Shown here: positions 29,982 through 38,171 of the stretch, one piece after another
Position numbering within the stretch: position 1 is the first letter of the stretch
How the letters are laid out: each line of letters starts with the position of its first letter
Origin: Patescibacteria group bacterium
GTDB lineage: Bacteria > Patescibacteriota > Patescibacteriia > Magasanikbacterales > GWA2-37-8
Direction of reading: 5' to 3'
Assembly: GCA_041651015.1 (NCBI GenBank)
Contig: JBAZKA010000005.1
Span: 1,326 to 65,325 of the forward strand
DNA length: 64,000 bases
Translations under genes and position numbers: made by a program
Notes under the pieces: generated by a model
What the model was told of the DNA's origin: nothing
What the model saw: the letters and a program-made list of their open reading frames with translations, nothing else
The model's database searches: none

Positions 29982-31340
29982 ATGCACGTTTATGAACGGG
30001 AGGGAAGATTTCTTGTTGTTATTGGCCACATTCCTCAGTGGTTTGTGGTAGACGGGTTTGGTTTGGCGATCGCGCGTGGAATTGAACACGGCTATTCGTT
30101 ACAACAAATTTTGTTAAGGCACGGCAAGGACGTACATTGTGAAGCGGAGGCGGTGTACGCAGATCTCGCGCCGTTAATCAATCAACAAGTAAATCGGACG
30201 ACTGCCATTGTAGAAAACGTTCTTACCTCCAAGACGACGGTCGCCATGATCAGCGTCACCCGGGGCTGCAATTTAAAGAGCATTTGTCCTCACTGCTATG
30301 TGGACGCTAATGGTTCGCGTGGTATAGAACTTACTGTCGTTGAACATCGGAACATTGCCAAGCAACTCCGTGAGTGCATGGCCGCGGACGATCATCATGA
30401 ATATAAGGTGAACCTGACCGGAGGCGAGCCTTTTATTCGCAAGGATATTCTGGACATCATCCAGGCCTACAGCGACGCGGGGTTTTTAGTCAGCATGAGC
30501 ACTAACGCCTTGCTGATTCACCGCAAGTATATGGAATCCTTGAAACGAATGAATGTCACACTGTCCGTTTCGCTTGATGGTTCCAATGCATGCACGCACG
30601 ACCGCATTCGTGGCGCCGGTTCGTGGGAACGTGTGGTCAAGAAAATTCGCATACTGACCAAAGTGGGCGTGCGTGTGGGGATTAACTATCTGGTCAACAA
30701 CGAGAATTTTCTTGACATGGAAAAAACCATCGCACTCGCGCATCAACTGGGTTGCACTGGGTTCAACCCCATCAATCTCGTTCAACTTGGGCGGGCGTGC
30801 ACCGGCACCTTGCACAGGGTTCCCGAAGTGGATATTTTTGGCCACTTAGCCAAACACCTGATCAACAATCCCAGTCACCAACACCTCTTTGCCGCCTCGT
30901 CATTGTTTTCTTCGCTAGGCGCCGCCTTGCTGGCCGGTATCACCTGCGAGAGTTGCGGTGTCGGAAACAGGCCGTGCGTCTATATTGATGAAACTGGCGC
31001 TGTCTATCCTTGCCCCAACACCCAGCGCGCAGAGTTTCTCCTGGGTAATTTACGCACACAGTCGCTACATGATTGCGTTTATCTAGATCATCCGGTTTTG
31101 AGCAATTTACGTAATCTTGAGATCGCTTCTCTTAACCCTATTTGTGGAGATTGTGATGTGCGCTATTTCTGTGGCGGTGACTGTCGCGGCGAGACATATA
31201 ATGTCACTGGAGACCTTCGAGCTCCTTATGTGGCTTGCCAAGATCGTCACGATTCTCTCATAGAACTAATGTGGGTAGTCGCCGATAATCCGCAGCTGTT
31301 CGAAACAAGAGCCGACGAGTATGCTTCGAACCTCCACTGA
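29982..31340 (+). CDS. Radical SAM protein with a SPASM domain
   Basis: CNLKSICPHC, LTGGEPF, STNA, VSLDG..HDRIRG.GS, C..CG...GAVYPC, GNL, CGDCDVRYFCGGDC. Confidence 0.9.
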   Translation: MHVYEREGRFLVVIGHIPQWFVVDGFGLAIARGIEHGYSLQQILLRHGKDVHCEAEAVYADLAPLINQQVNRTTAIVENVLTSKTTVAMISVTRGCNLKSICPHCYVDANGSRGIELTVVEHRNIAKQLRECMAADDHHEYKVNLTGGEPFIRKDILDIIQAYSDAGFLVSMSTNALLIHRKYMESLKRMNVTLSVSLDGSNACTHDRIRGAGSWERVVKKIRILTKVGVRVGINYLVNNENFLDMEKTIALAHQLGCTGFNPINLVQLGRACTGTLHRVPEVDIFGHLAKHLINNPSHQHLFAASSLFSSLGAALLAGITCESCGVGNRPCVYIDETGAVYPCPNTQRAEFLLGNLRTQSLHDCVYLDHPVLSNLRNLEIASLNPICGDCDVRYFCGGDCRGETYNVTGDLRAPYVACQDRHDSLIELMWVVADNPQLFETRADEYASNLH

Positions 31341-31362
31341 TCTTTGCTTGTAATTTCAACTT

Positions 31363-31397
31363 TGGGCAGTCTGCATATATGCGCGGGCTGCCTTTTT
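31363..31397 (+). terminator. Intrinsic terminator
   Basis: ggcagtctgc...gcgggctgcc followed by a T-run. Confidence 0.65.
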
Positions 31398-31572
31398 TAT
31401 ATTATTTGTTTGGAATATACGTATTTAAAACAACATTCGCCGCATGAGTATTGTTTTAATTTAAGTTCGTCGTTTAGAGTTGATTTTGATAATAACGCAT
31501 ATCAAATTTACGAATACGCATTTGAGAGTATTAATGACAAATTGTTCATACGGCATGTGGAATACAACTTTG

Positions 31573-31590
31573 AAGGCGCAAGTTGCGGGT
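31573..31590 (+). repeat. 18-bp direct repeat, right copy
   Basis: aaggcgcaagttgcgggt. Confidence 0.55.
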
Positions 31591-31660
31591 TGTCCGCATT
31601 TTGTTTATATGATGATTTTGATGTATAATATATATAATGATATTTTTCTATCATTATATT

Positions 31661-32620
31661 ATGGTCAATTTTTACTCACAGCAAAATCGTAATGGCGACG
31701 GAAATATCATCCCTGAATCGCCGGCCAAGAAAACAACCAAGTCAAAAGTCAATATTGGAAAATATGTTGACCCGACCGGCGAGTTTGGTTCCGAACAATA
31801 CAAACGATCATTTTGGTTTGTAAAAAATAAATTATTACTCTATCGTTTGCTGGTCTCTTTTTTGGTTGCTTTCAGCGTCATCACTGTCGGTTATTCTTTG
31901 TGGAAGGGTTTTGAACTTTTAATTTTTGAACTGACGGCTAATGATACAATGGAACAGCAATTGGCTCACTCCACCAATTATGGAGCGTTAAACACGGCTT
32001 ATACGCCATCGCCAATAGATATTTTATCCACGCAAATTTATACCGGTGGAACAGATAAAATTGATTTGGTTTCGGAAGCGGTTAACGTCAATGAGCGTTA
32101 CGTGGCGCGTTTTACCTATTATTATGATTTTAATGGATTAAAAACCGCACCGCAATCAGCGATTTTGCTTCCGACCGAAAGCCGCCCGTTGGCGACACTG
32201 GGATTGGATACAAGTGAATTTTCCGGTTCGGCCAATTTGGTTTTGACCAACGTGAGTTTCACGCGCGTGGACAATCATATTATTCCGGATTTATCCGCTT
32301 GGATGGCGGAACGTTTAAATTTTAGCGTGGACAATTTTGTTTATACGCCGGCCGATTCCGATCTGAACGCCAATTCCATAAAATTTACTTTGGTAAATAA
32401 TTCTCCTTATGGTTATCGCGCGCCGAATTTTTATCTTGGTCTATTCCAAAACGGGGGACTGGTTGGATTGATGAAATTTGATACCACTGATTTGCAATCG
32501 CAAGAATCAAGAGAAATTGATTTGCGTAATTTTGTTCAGAATCTGTCTGTATCCGAAGTGAAGCTATATCCGCTCATTGACCTTTTTGATGATAGCGTGT
32601 ATCTTGCTCCAAAGAGGTAG
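31661..32620 (+). CDS. Hypothetical single-TM protein
   Basis: One TM helix followed by beta-rich domains; upstream of rodA. Confidence 0.7.
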   Translation: MVNFYSQQNRNGDGNIIPESPAKKTTKSKVNIGKYVDPTGEFGSEQYKRSFWFVKNKLLLYRLLVSFLVAFSVITVGYSLWKGFELLIFELTANDTMEQQLAHSTNYGALNTAYTPSPIDILSTQIYTGGTDKIDLVSEAVNVNERYVARFTYYYDFNGLKTAPQSAILLPTESRPLATLGLDTSEFSGSANLVLTNVSFTRVDNHIIPDLSAWMAERLNFSVDNFVYTPADSDLNANSIKFTLVNNSPYGYRAPNFYLGLFQNGGLVGLMKFDTTDLQSQESREIDLRNFVQNLSVSEVKLYPLIDLFDDSVYLAPKR

Positions 32621-32634
32621 GCAAAAGTAAATTT

Positions 32635-33729
32635 ATGCTTGGTTTTGACCGATTATCCTGGCGCGGTTTTGATTGGCCGCTTATTGCGGCTGTTTTTTTG
32701 CTGTGCGCGATCGGCTTTGCCGCCATTTACAGTGTGGACTTATCGCGCGGTGCCGATTTGCTATATACCAGAAAACAATTCATGTCTTTTGGCATCGGGT
32801 TAGTTTTCATGTTTGGTTGCGCCGCGACCGCGCCGACATTTTTTAGAAATTATTCCAAATGGTTTTATTTCGCGGCCATGATTTTATTGGTCGCGGTTTT
32901 AATTTTTGGGCGCACCATCCGCGGCACGACCGGTTGGTTTAATTTTTTTGGATTTTCTTTGCAACCGGTGGAAATAGCCAAGGCCGCCCTCATCTTAATG
33001 CTCGGATACGTGGCCGCCAATTTTGGCCGGCGTTTTGAAAAACCGTTATTTTTTTTCGGCACGGGAGTGCTCGCGCTTATTCCCATTGGCCTAACTTTGA
33101 AGCAGCCGGATTTGGGTTCGGCGATTTTGCTCGGAGCGATTTGGTTTGGCATTATGTGGCTGGCCGGAGCGCGTAAATTATATTTGGTACTGCTCGCGCT
33201 TATTATGCTGATCGTGTCTGTTTTTTCTTGGCATTATCTTTTGGCGGATTACCAGCGAGAGCGCGTTTTGACTTTTATGTATCCGGACAGAGACCCTCTC
33301 GGTTCGGGCTATAATACCATCCAATCAACCATTGCCGTGGGTTCGGGCGGCGTGATTGGCCGGGGCCTTGGTTTCGGTTCGCAAAGTCAATTGAGATTTT
33401 TGCCGGAAACGCAAACTGATTTTATTTTTTCCGTCATCGGCGAAGAATTGGGATTGGCCGGCGTGATTGTGGTATTATTTTTATTTTTTATTATATTTTG
33501 GCGGCTGACGCGCATTGCTCGGCTGGTTAGCGATGACTTTGCGGCATTTGTCGCGCTTGGCGCCGCCGTCTTGTTTTTTACACAATTTTTTATTAATATT
33601 GGAGCTAATATCGGCATTTTGCCGGTAACCGGCGTTACTTTGCCTTTTGTCAGTTATGGCGGTTCATCGCTTATTGTTAATATGGCGTTGGTGGGTACGG
33701 TGGTTAGCTTGAGTAAGAGATATTTATAA
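32635..33729 (+). CDS. rodA: SEDS protein RodA
   Basis: LQPVEIAK, QPDLGSA, YQRERV, DPLGSGYN..QS.IAVGSGG, LPETQTDFIFSVIGEELG, GVTLPFVSYGGSS. Confidence 0.9.
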   Translation: MLGFDRLSWRGFDWPLIAAVFLLCAIGFAAIYSVDLSRGADLLYTRKQFMSFGIGLVFMFGCAATAPTFFRNYSKWFYFAAMILLVAVLIFGRTIRGTTGWFNFFGFSLQPVEIAKAALILMLGYVAANFGRRFEKPLFFFGTGVLALIPIGLTLKQPDLGSAILLGAIWFGIMWLAGARKLYLVLLALIMLIVSVFSWHYLLADYQRERVLTFMYPDRDPLGSGYNTIQSTIAVGSGGVIGRGLGFGSQSQLRFLPETQTDFIFSVIGEELGLAGVIVVLFLFFIIFWRLTRIARLVSDDFAAFVALGAAVLFFTQFFINIGANIGILPVTGVTLPFVSYGGSSLIVNMALVGTVVSLSKRYL

Positions 33730-33770
33730 GTTTATAAAGTTTGTAAAGTCCATAAAGTTATAAAGTTAAA
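33724..33770. repeat. (a)taaagtt short-period repeat
   Basis: Also at about 10660-10697, 10808-10835 (reverse) and in frame in rsmA at 37204-37234. Confidence 0.6.
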
Positions 33771-33773
33771 AAA

Positions 33774-34850
33774 ATGATTTCCGATAAATTAAAAAATTTA
33801 AAAGAAAAAATTATTTCAACCACAGAGTTGCTTCATTTTGGCGACCTCAAAAGCAAGGCCGAACAGCTGTCGCAAGAAATGAACGCGCCGGATTTTTGGT
33901 CTGATCAAGAAAACGCGCAGAGCGTATCCGCTGATTACACCGACTTACGCAAGGAAATTGAAAAATGGGAACTAATCCTAAAAGAAGTTAATGACCTGCT
34001 TGATTTATCCGATGAGGGTGACGCGAGCATGGCCGGGGAAATTGACAAGCAAACCGATGAACTGGAAAAACAATTTGGCGATTATGAATTTTATCTATTG
34101 CTGAATGGTCCATATGATGCGAGCAACGCGGTTATTACTTTACACGCCGGTTCGGGCGGAACCGAGGCCCAGGATTGGACCGAGATGCTGACGCGCATGA
34201 TTTTGCGCTTTTGCGAAAAAATGAATTGGCGCACGCGAGTGGTTGACGAATCGCGCGGAGCCGAGGCTGGTTATAAATCCATCACCATGGAAATCAAAGG
34301 ACGTTATGCTTACGGTTATTTAAAATCCGAACACGGCGTACATCGCCTGGTGCGCATCTCGCCGTTTGACGCGGAAAAAATGCGCCACACTTCGTTCGCG
34401 CTGGTGGAAGTTTTGCCAGAGATTCCGGAAAAAGAAGAGGTTGAAATTGACCCCAAGGATTTGCGCATTGATACATTTATGTCCGGCGGTAAAGGCGGTC
34501 AGAGCGTGAACACGACTTATTCGGCTGTGCGCATCGTCCATATTCCGACCAACATTTCCGTGCAATGCCAGAATGAACGTTCGCAACAACAAAACAAAGA
34601 ATTGGCCATGAAAATTTTGAAGGCCAAATTATTTCGCTTGGAAATGGAGCGCAAAGCCAAAGAGCGCGAAGACTTGCGCGGTGAATACAAATCCGCCGAA
34701 TGGGGCAACCAAATTCGTTCGTATGTTTTGCATCCGTATCACATGGTCAAAGACCATCGGACTGATTACGAATCTGCTGATCCTGAAAGCGTGTTGGAAG
34801 GGGACTTGTTGCCTTTGTGCGAGGCGTATTTGAAGTGGATAAAAAAATAA
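33774..34850 (+). CDS. prfB: Peptide chain release factor 2, without a programmed frameshift
   Basis: GGTEAQDW, HRLVRISPF (SPF motif), GGQ, WGNQIRSYV; single uninterrupted frame. Confidence 0.95.
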   Translation: MISDKLKNLKEKIISTTELLHFGDLKSKAEQLSQEMNAPDFWSDQENAQSVSADYTDLRKEIEKWELILKEVNDLLDLSDEGDASMAGEIDKQTDELEKQFGDYEFYLLLNGPYDASNAVITLHAGSGGTEAQDWTEMLTRMILRFCEKMNWRTRVVDESRGAEAGYKSITMEIKGRYAYGYLKSEHGVHRLVRISPFDAEKMRHTSFALVEVLPEIPEKEEVEIDPKDLRIDTFMSGGKGGQSVNTTYSAVRIVHIPTNISVQCQNERSQQQNKELAMKILKAKLFRLEMERKAKEREDLRGEYKSAEWGNQIRSYVLHPYHMVKDHRTDYESADPESVLEGDLLPLCEAYLKWIKK

Positions 34851-34851
34851 T

Positions 34852-36624
34852 ATGCGCGTTTTCAAGAAAGAAAATATCTCCGAAATTGCCGCTGAATTTT
34901 TTGGCGGCAATGTTGTTATTTTCCCCACCGAGACATCCTACGGCCTGGGTTGTGATGCGACCAATCAAACGGCGGTGGATAAAATTTATCAGATAAAGAA
35001 TCGGCCGGCGAGCAAATCGCTTCTAATTGTTGCGCCGAATATTGCGGAAGCGAAGAAATATTTAGTTTGGAATAGAACCATAGATAAACTCGCGAATAAA
35101 TTTTGGTCCGGCTCCGCTCACGCTACGCCGGATAAAATTAAAAAAATAGCGCCTCTGACTATCGTGGGAAAATGCGCGAGCAAAGATTTGGCGCGCGGGG
35201 TGGTATCAAAAGAAAATACAGTGGCTGTCCGCGTCACCTATGACCTGTGGCTCAAAGAATTGGGCGAGCAAACCGGCCTGCCGATCATTGCCACCTCGGC
35301 CAATCTTTCGGGCGCCGGCGATATATATAATGTAGAGGAGGCGATTAATCAATTCAAAGATACACAGTTCGAGCCCGATGCCATCGTGGACGCGGGCGTT
35401 TTGCCTCATAATTTACCATCCACGATCGTGGATGCATCGGAGAATAAAATTAAAATTTTGCGTCAGGGCGCTTTGAAAATTTCCGATTCGTTCGGACAAG
35501 CATTTATTTCCATAATTTTGATTGGCACGGCAGTGATTCTCGGCGCGCTGGCCATTGTTTACGCCTGGCAAACGGCGTTAGTTGGTATGAATATTAATTT
35601 GCTTTTTACGTCAGCCTACGATGGAGAAAAATATCCGGCCGGAGAGAAACATTATCTCAAGACCGTTAAAGGACTTTATCTTACGGCTTATTCGGCCGGC
35701 AGTGAGAAAAAGATTGATGCCATAATAAATTTGATTGATAAAACCGAGCTCAATGCCGTAGTTATAGATATCAAGGATTATAGCGGTTTGGTTTTGTACG
35801 ACAGTCAGCTCGCGACAGTAAACGAGTTAAATACAGAAGATAACAGACTGGGCGATGTGCCCGCCTTGATTGAGAAATTGCATGAACACAAAATTTACGT
35901 CATCGCTCGCCAGACGATTTTTCAAGATCCGGTCTTGGCCGAAGCCAAATCCGATTGGGCGATAAAGAAAAAGTCCGGCGGTGTTTGGCGTGATAAAAAG
36001 GGTTTGGCTTGGGTGGATCCGACGCGTAAAGAAGTTTGGGAATATAATTTGGCCATTGCCAAAGAGGCGATTAAATTTGGTTTTGATGAAATAAATTTTG
36101 ACTATGTCCGCTTTCCGTCCGACGGCAATATGAGCGATGTGGTCTATACGGTCGGCGACAAAAAGAAATATGAAGTGATGAATGAATTTTATAGATATAT
36201 GAGCGCGCATTTGCGCGATGAACCGGCTTGGCTATCTTTGGATATGTTTGGCTTGGTGATGGAGACGGCGCCCGAGAATGATATGAATATTGGCCAGCGT
36301 TTGGCGGACGCGGTGGATTACGCGGATTTTATTTGTCCGATGATGTATCCCTCGCATTATCCGTCCGGACATTTGGGTTTGAAAAATCCGGCCGATTACC
36401 CGACTTTGGTTTTTGAAAACGGCCTGCAAAAAGGTTTGCCAAAATTTGTGGATAAACGCGCCATACTTCGCCCTTGGCTCCAGGCATTCAATCTGGGCGC
36501 GGTCTATGGTGCGGATAAAATTCGCGCGCAAATTGACGCCACGGAAAAATATACCGACGCCGGATGGTTGCTTTGGAATGCGAGCAATAATTATACGGAT
36601 AAAGGTTTGAAATATGAACGATAA
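34852..36624 (+). CDS. tsaC: TsaC/YrdC threonylcarbamoyl-AMP synthase fused through a TM helix to a putative glycoside hydrolase (DUF4015-like)
   Basis: FPTETSYGLG, IKNRP, ATSANLSG, PSTIVD..ILRQGA; then NAVVIDIKD.SG, GFDEINFDYVRFPSDG, CPMMYPSHY, RPWLQAF. Confidence 0.8.
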   Translation: MRVFKKENISEIAAEFFGGNVVIFPTETSYGLGCDATNQTAVDKIYQIKNRPASKSLLIVAPNIAEAKKYLVWNRTIDKLANKFWSGSAHATPDKIKKIAPLTIVGKCASKDLARGVVSKENTVAVRVTYDLWLKELGEQTGLPIIATSANLSGAGDIYNVEEAINQFKDTQFEPDAIVDAGVLPHNLPSTIVDASENKIKILRQGALKISDSFGQAFISIILIGTAVILGALAIVYAWQTALVGMNINLLFTSAYDGEKYPAGEKHYLKTVKGLYLTAYSAGSEKKIDAIINLIDKTELNAVVIDIKDYSGLVLYDSQLATVNELNTEDNRLGDVPALIEKLHEHKIYVIARQTIFQDPVLAEAKSDWAIKKKSGGVWRDKKGLAWVDPTRKEVWEYNLAIAKEAIKFGFDEINFDYVRFPSDGNMSDVVYTVGDKKKYEVMNEFYRYMSAHLRDEPAWLSLDMFGLVMETAPENDMNIGQRLADAVDYADFICPMMYPSHYPSGHLGLKNPADYPTLVFENGLQKGLPKFVDKRAILRPWLQAFNLGAVYGADKIRAQIDATEKYTDAGWLLWNASNNYTDKGLKYER

Positions 36625-37459
36625 ATTATTCAATCCCGACTATTTGTATTCGCTTTGTAAAAATTGCGGTCTTCAGCCATCCAAAAATTACGGTCAGAAT
36701 TATTTAATCAATCCGGAAGTGATTGAGAAAATGATTGAGGCGGCCGATGTCAAAAAAACAGATAAGATTGTGGAAGTCGGGCCCGGTTTTGGCGTGCTCA
36801 CGTTTGCCCTTGCGGAGAAAGCCAAAGAGGTTTTTGCTTATGAGATTGAAAAAAAGTTAATGCCGTATTGGGAAGCGCGCGCGCTAAAAAATTTACATAT
36901 ATTTTGGGGCAATGTTTTGAAAACAGCCGAAAATTTACCAAACGGGAAATATAAAGTAGTGGCGAACCTGCCTTATCAAATTACTTCGGCCGTTATCAGA
37001 TTTTTTTTGGAAAATGAAAACCCACCCGAATCAATGACCCTAATGGTGCAAAAGGAAGTAGCTGAACGCATTTGCGCGAAAGCGGGGGATATGTCCTTGC
37101 TTTCAGTCGCGGTGCAATATTATGCCGATGCCGAAATAGTCGGGATTGTGCCCGGAGATAATTATTGGCCCGTACCAAAAGTGGATTCGGCGATAATAGT
37201 TCTTAAAGTTCATAAAGTTAAAAAGTTTATAAAGTCCGCCGACTTCTTTAATTTAGTCAAAGCCGGATTTGCCAACCGCCGGAAATTATTGATCAAAAAT
37301 ATATTACCTATTGTCGGCAAGCAAAACAAAGAAAAATTGAAATCAGTTCTTGCCGAACTGGGTTTGTCGGAAAACGCGCGGGCGCAGGAGTTGGGAGTGG
37401 AGGATTGGAAAAAACTTCTTGCCGCCATTTCATCCACACCGCCAACTATTTTATTATAG
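36614..37459 (+). CDS. rsmA: 16S rRNA dimethyladenosine transferase
   Basis: YGQNYL, VEVGPGFG.LT, VANLPYQIT, MVQKEVAER, PVPKVDSA, RRK, RAQEL. Confidence 0.95.
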   Translation: MNDKLFNPDYLYSLCKNCGLQPSKNYGQNYLINPEVIEKMIEAADVKKTDKIVEVGPGFGVLTFALAEKAKEVFAYEIEKKLMPYWEARALKNLHIFWGNVLKTAENLPNGKYKVVANLPYQITSAVIRFFLENENPPESMTLMVQKEVAERICAKAGDMSLLSVAVQYYADAEIVGIVPGDNYWPVPKVDSAIIVLKVHKVKKFIKSADFFNLVKAGFANRRKLLIKNILPIVGKQNKEKLKSVLAELGLSENARAQELGVEDWKKLLAAISSTPPTILL

Positions 37460-37496
37460 TTTAAATATTGCTATAATATAGAGGTAATAAACGTTT

Positions 37497-38171
37497 ATGG
37501 ACGAACCGCAAAACCGTTTTAGCAAAGAGCAGAAAATCGGCTTGGTTTTGCTGTCTTCTTTTGTCGTACTGGCGGTGACGCTCGGGTTGATTGAAATGCG
37601 TAATACCTTGTATAGTCCGTTTGCTTTGAATAATTCCATTCCGGCTATGATTGGGAGTGATGTGGATACGACCGACGCGTTGCGTTATCGTGATACCGAT
37701 GCTGACGGCCTGAATGATTTTGACGAATTATATGTTTATTCCACCAGCCCGTATTTGGCTGATACTGATTCGGACGGCTTGACCGACAAGCAAGAAGTTG
37801 AAGGTGGTAAAAATCCCAATTGCGCCGAAGGCAAAGATTGCAATGCGTCAATCGCGGAAAACGGTTCGGCCATAATCGCCACCAGTTCCACTGATGTGGC
37901 CGATACCAACACACTGTTTTCAAATTATGATGTGACATCAACCTTGGAAGCCATGCTCACTTCGCCGGATCAGATGAGAACTCTTTTGCTTGAATCCGGT
38001 TTGGCGCAATCAGTGGTGGATAAAATTTCCGATGATGATCTGACCAAAATGGCGTTGGAGATAATGTCTTCATCTACCATCTTGGATAGTATGGAAACCA
38101 CTTCCACTACAGTATCTGATGTGACGACCACGGCGAAATTTATCAATCAACTAATGAATGCTTCGCAATAA
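37497..38171 (+). CDS. Membrane-anchored protein with thrombospondin type-3-like Ca-binding repeats
   Basis: DTDADGLNDFDE..Y.TSPYLADTDSDGLTDKQEV..G.NP. Confidence 0.75.
   Translation: MDEPQNRFSKEQKIGLVLLSSFVVLAVTLGLIEMRNTLYSPFALNNSIPAMIGSDVDTTDALRYRDTDADGLNDFDELYVYSTSPYLADTDSDGLTDKQEVEGGKNPNCAEGKDCNASIAENGSAIIATSSTDVADTNTLFSNYDVTSTLEAMLTSPDQMRTLLLESGLAQSVVDKISDDDLTKMALEIMSSSTILDSMETTSTTVSDVTTTAKFINQLMNASQ

Noticed and set aside
29774-29995. 73-aa ORF from the track as the RiPP precursor
   Set aside because: Its TTG start abuts the SD and it reads through the hairpin; the 39-aa ATG frame is better placed.
31344-31628. 94-aa ORF after the radical SAM gene
   Set aside because: It overlaps the terminator and has no RBS or recognisable motif.
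33774-33850. Programmed +1 frameshift in prfB
   Set aside because: No CTT-TGA site; the frame is continuous.
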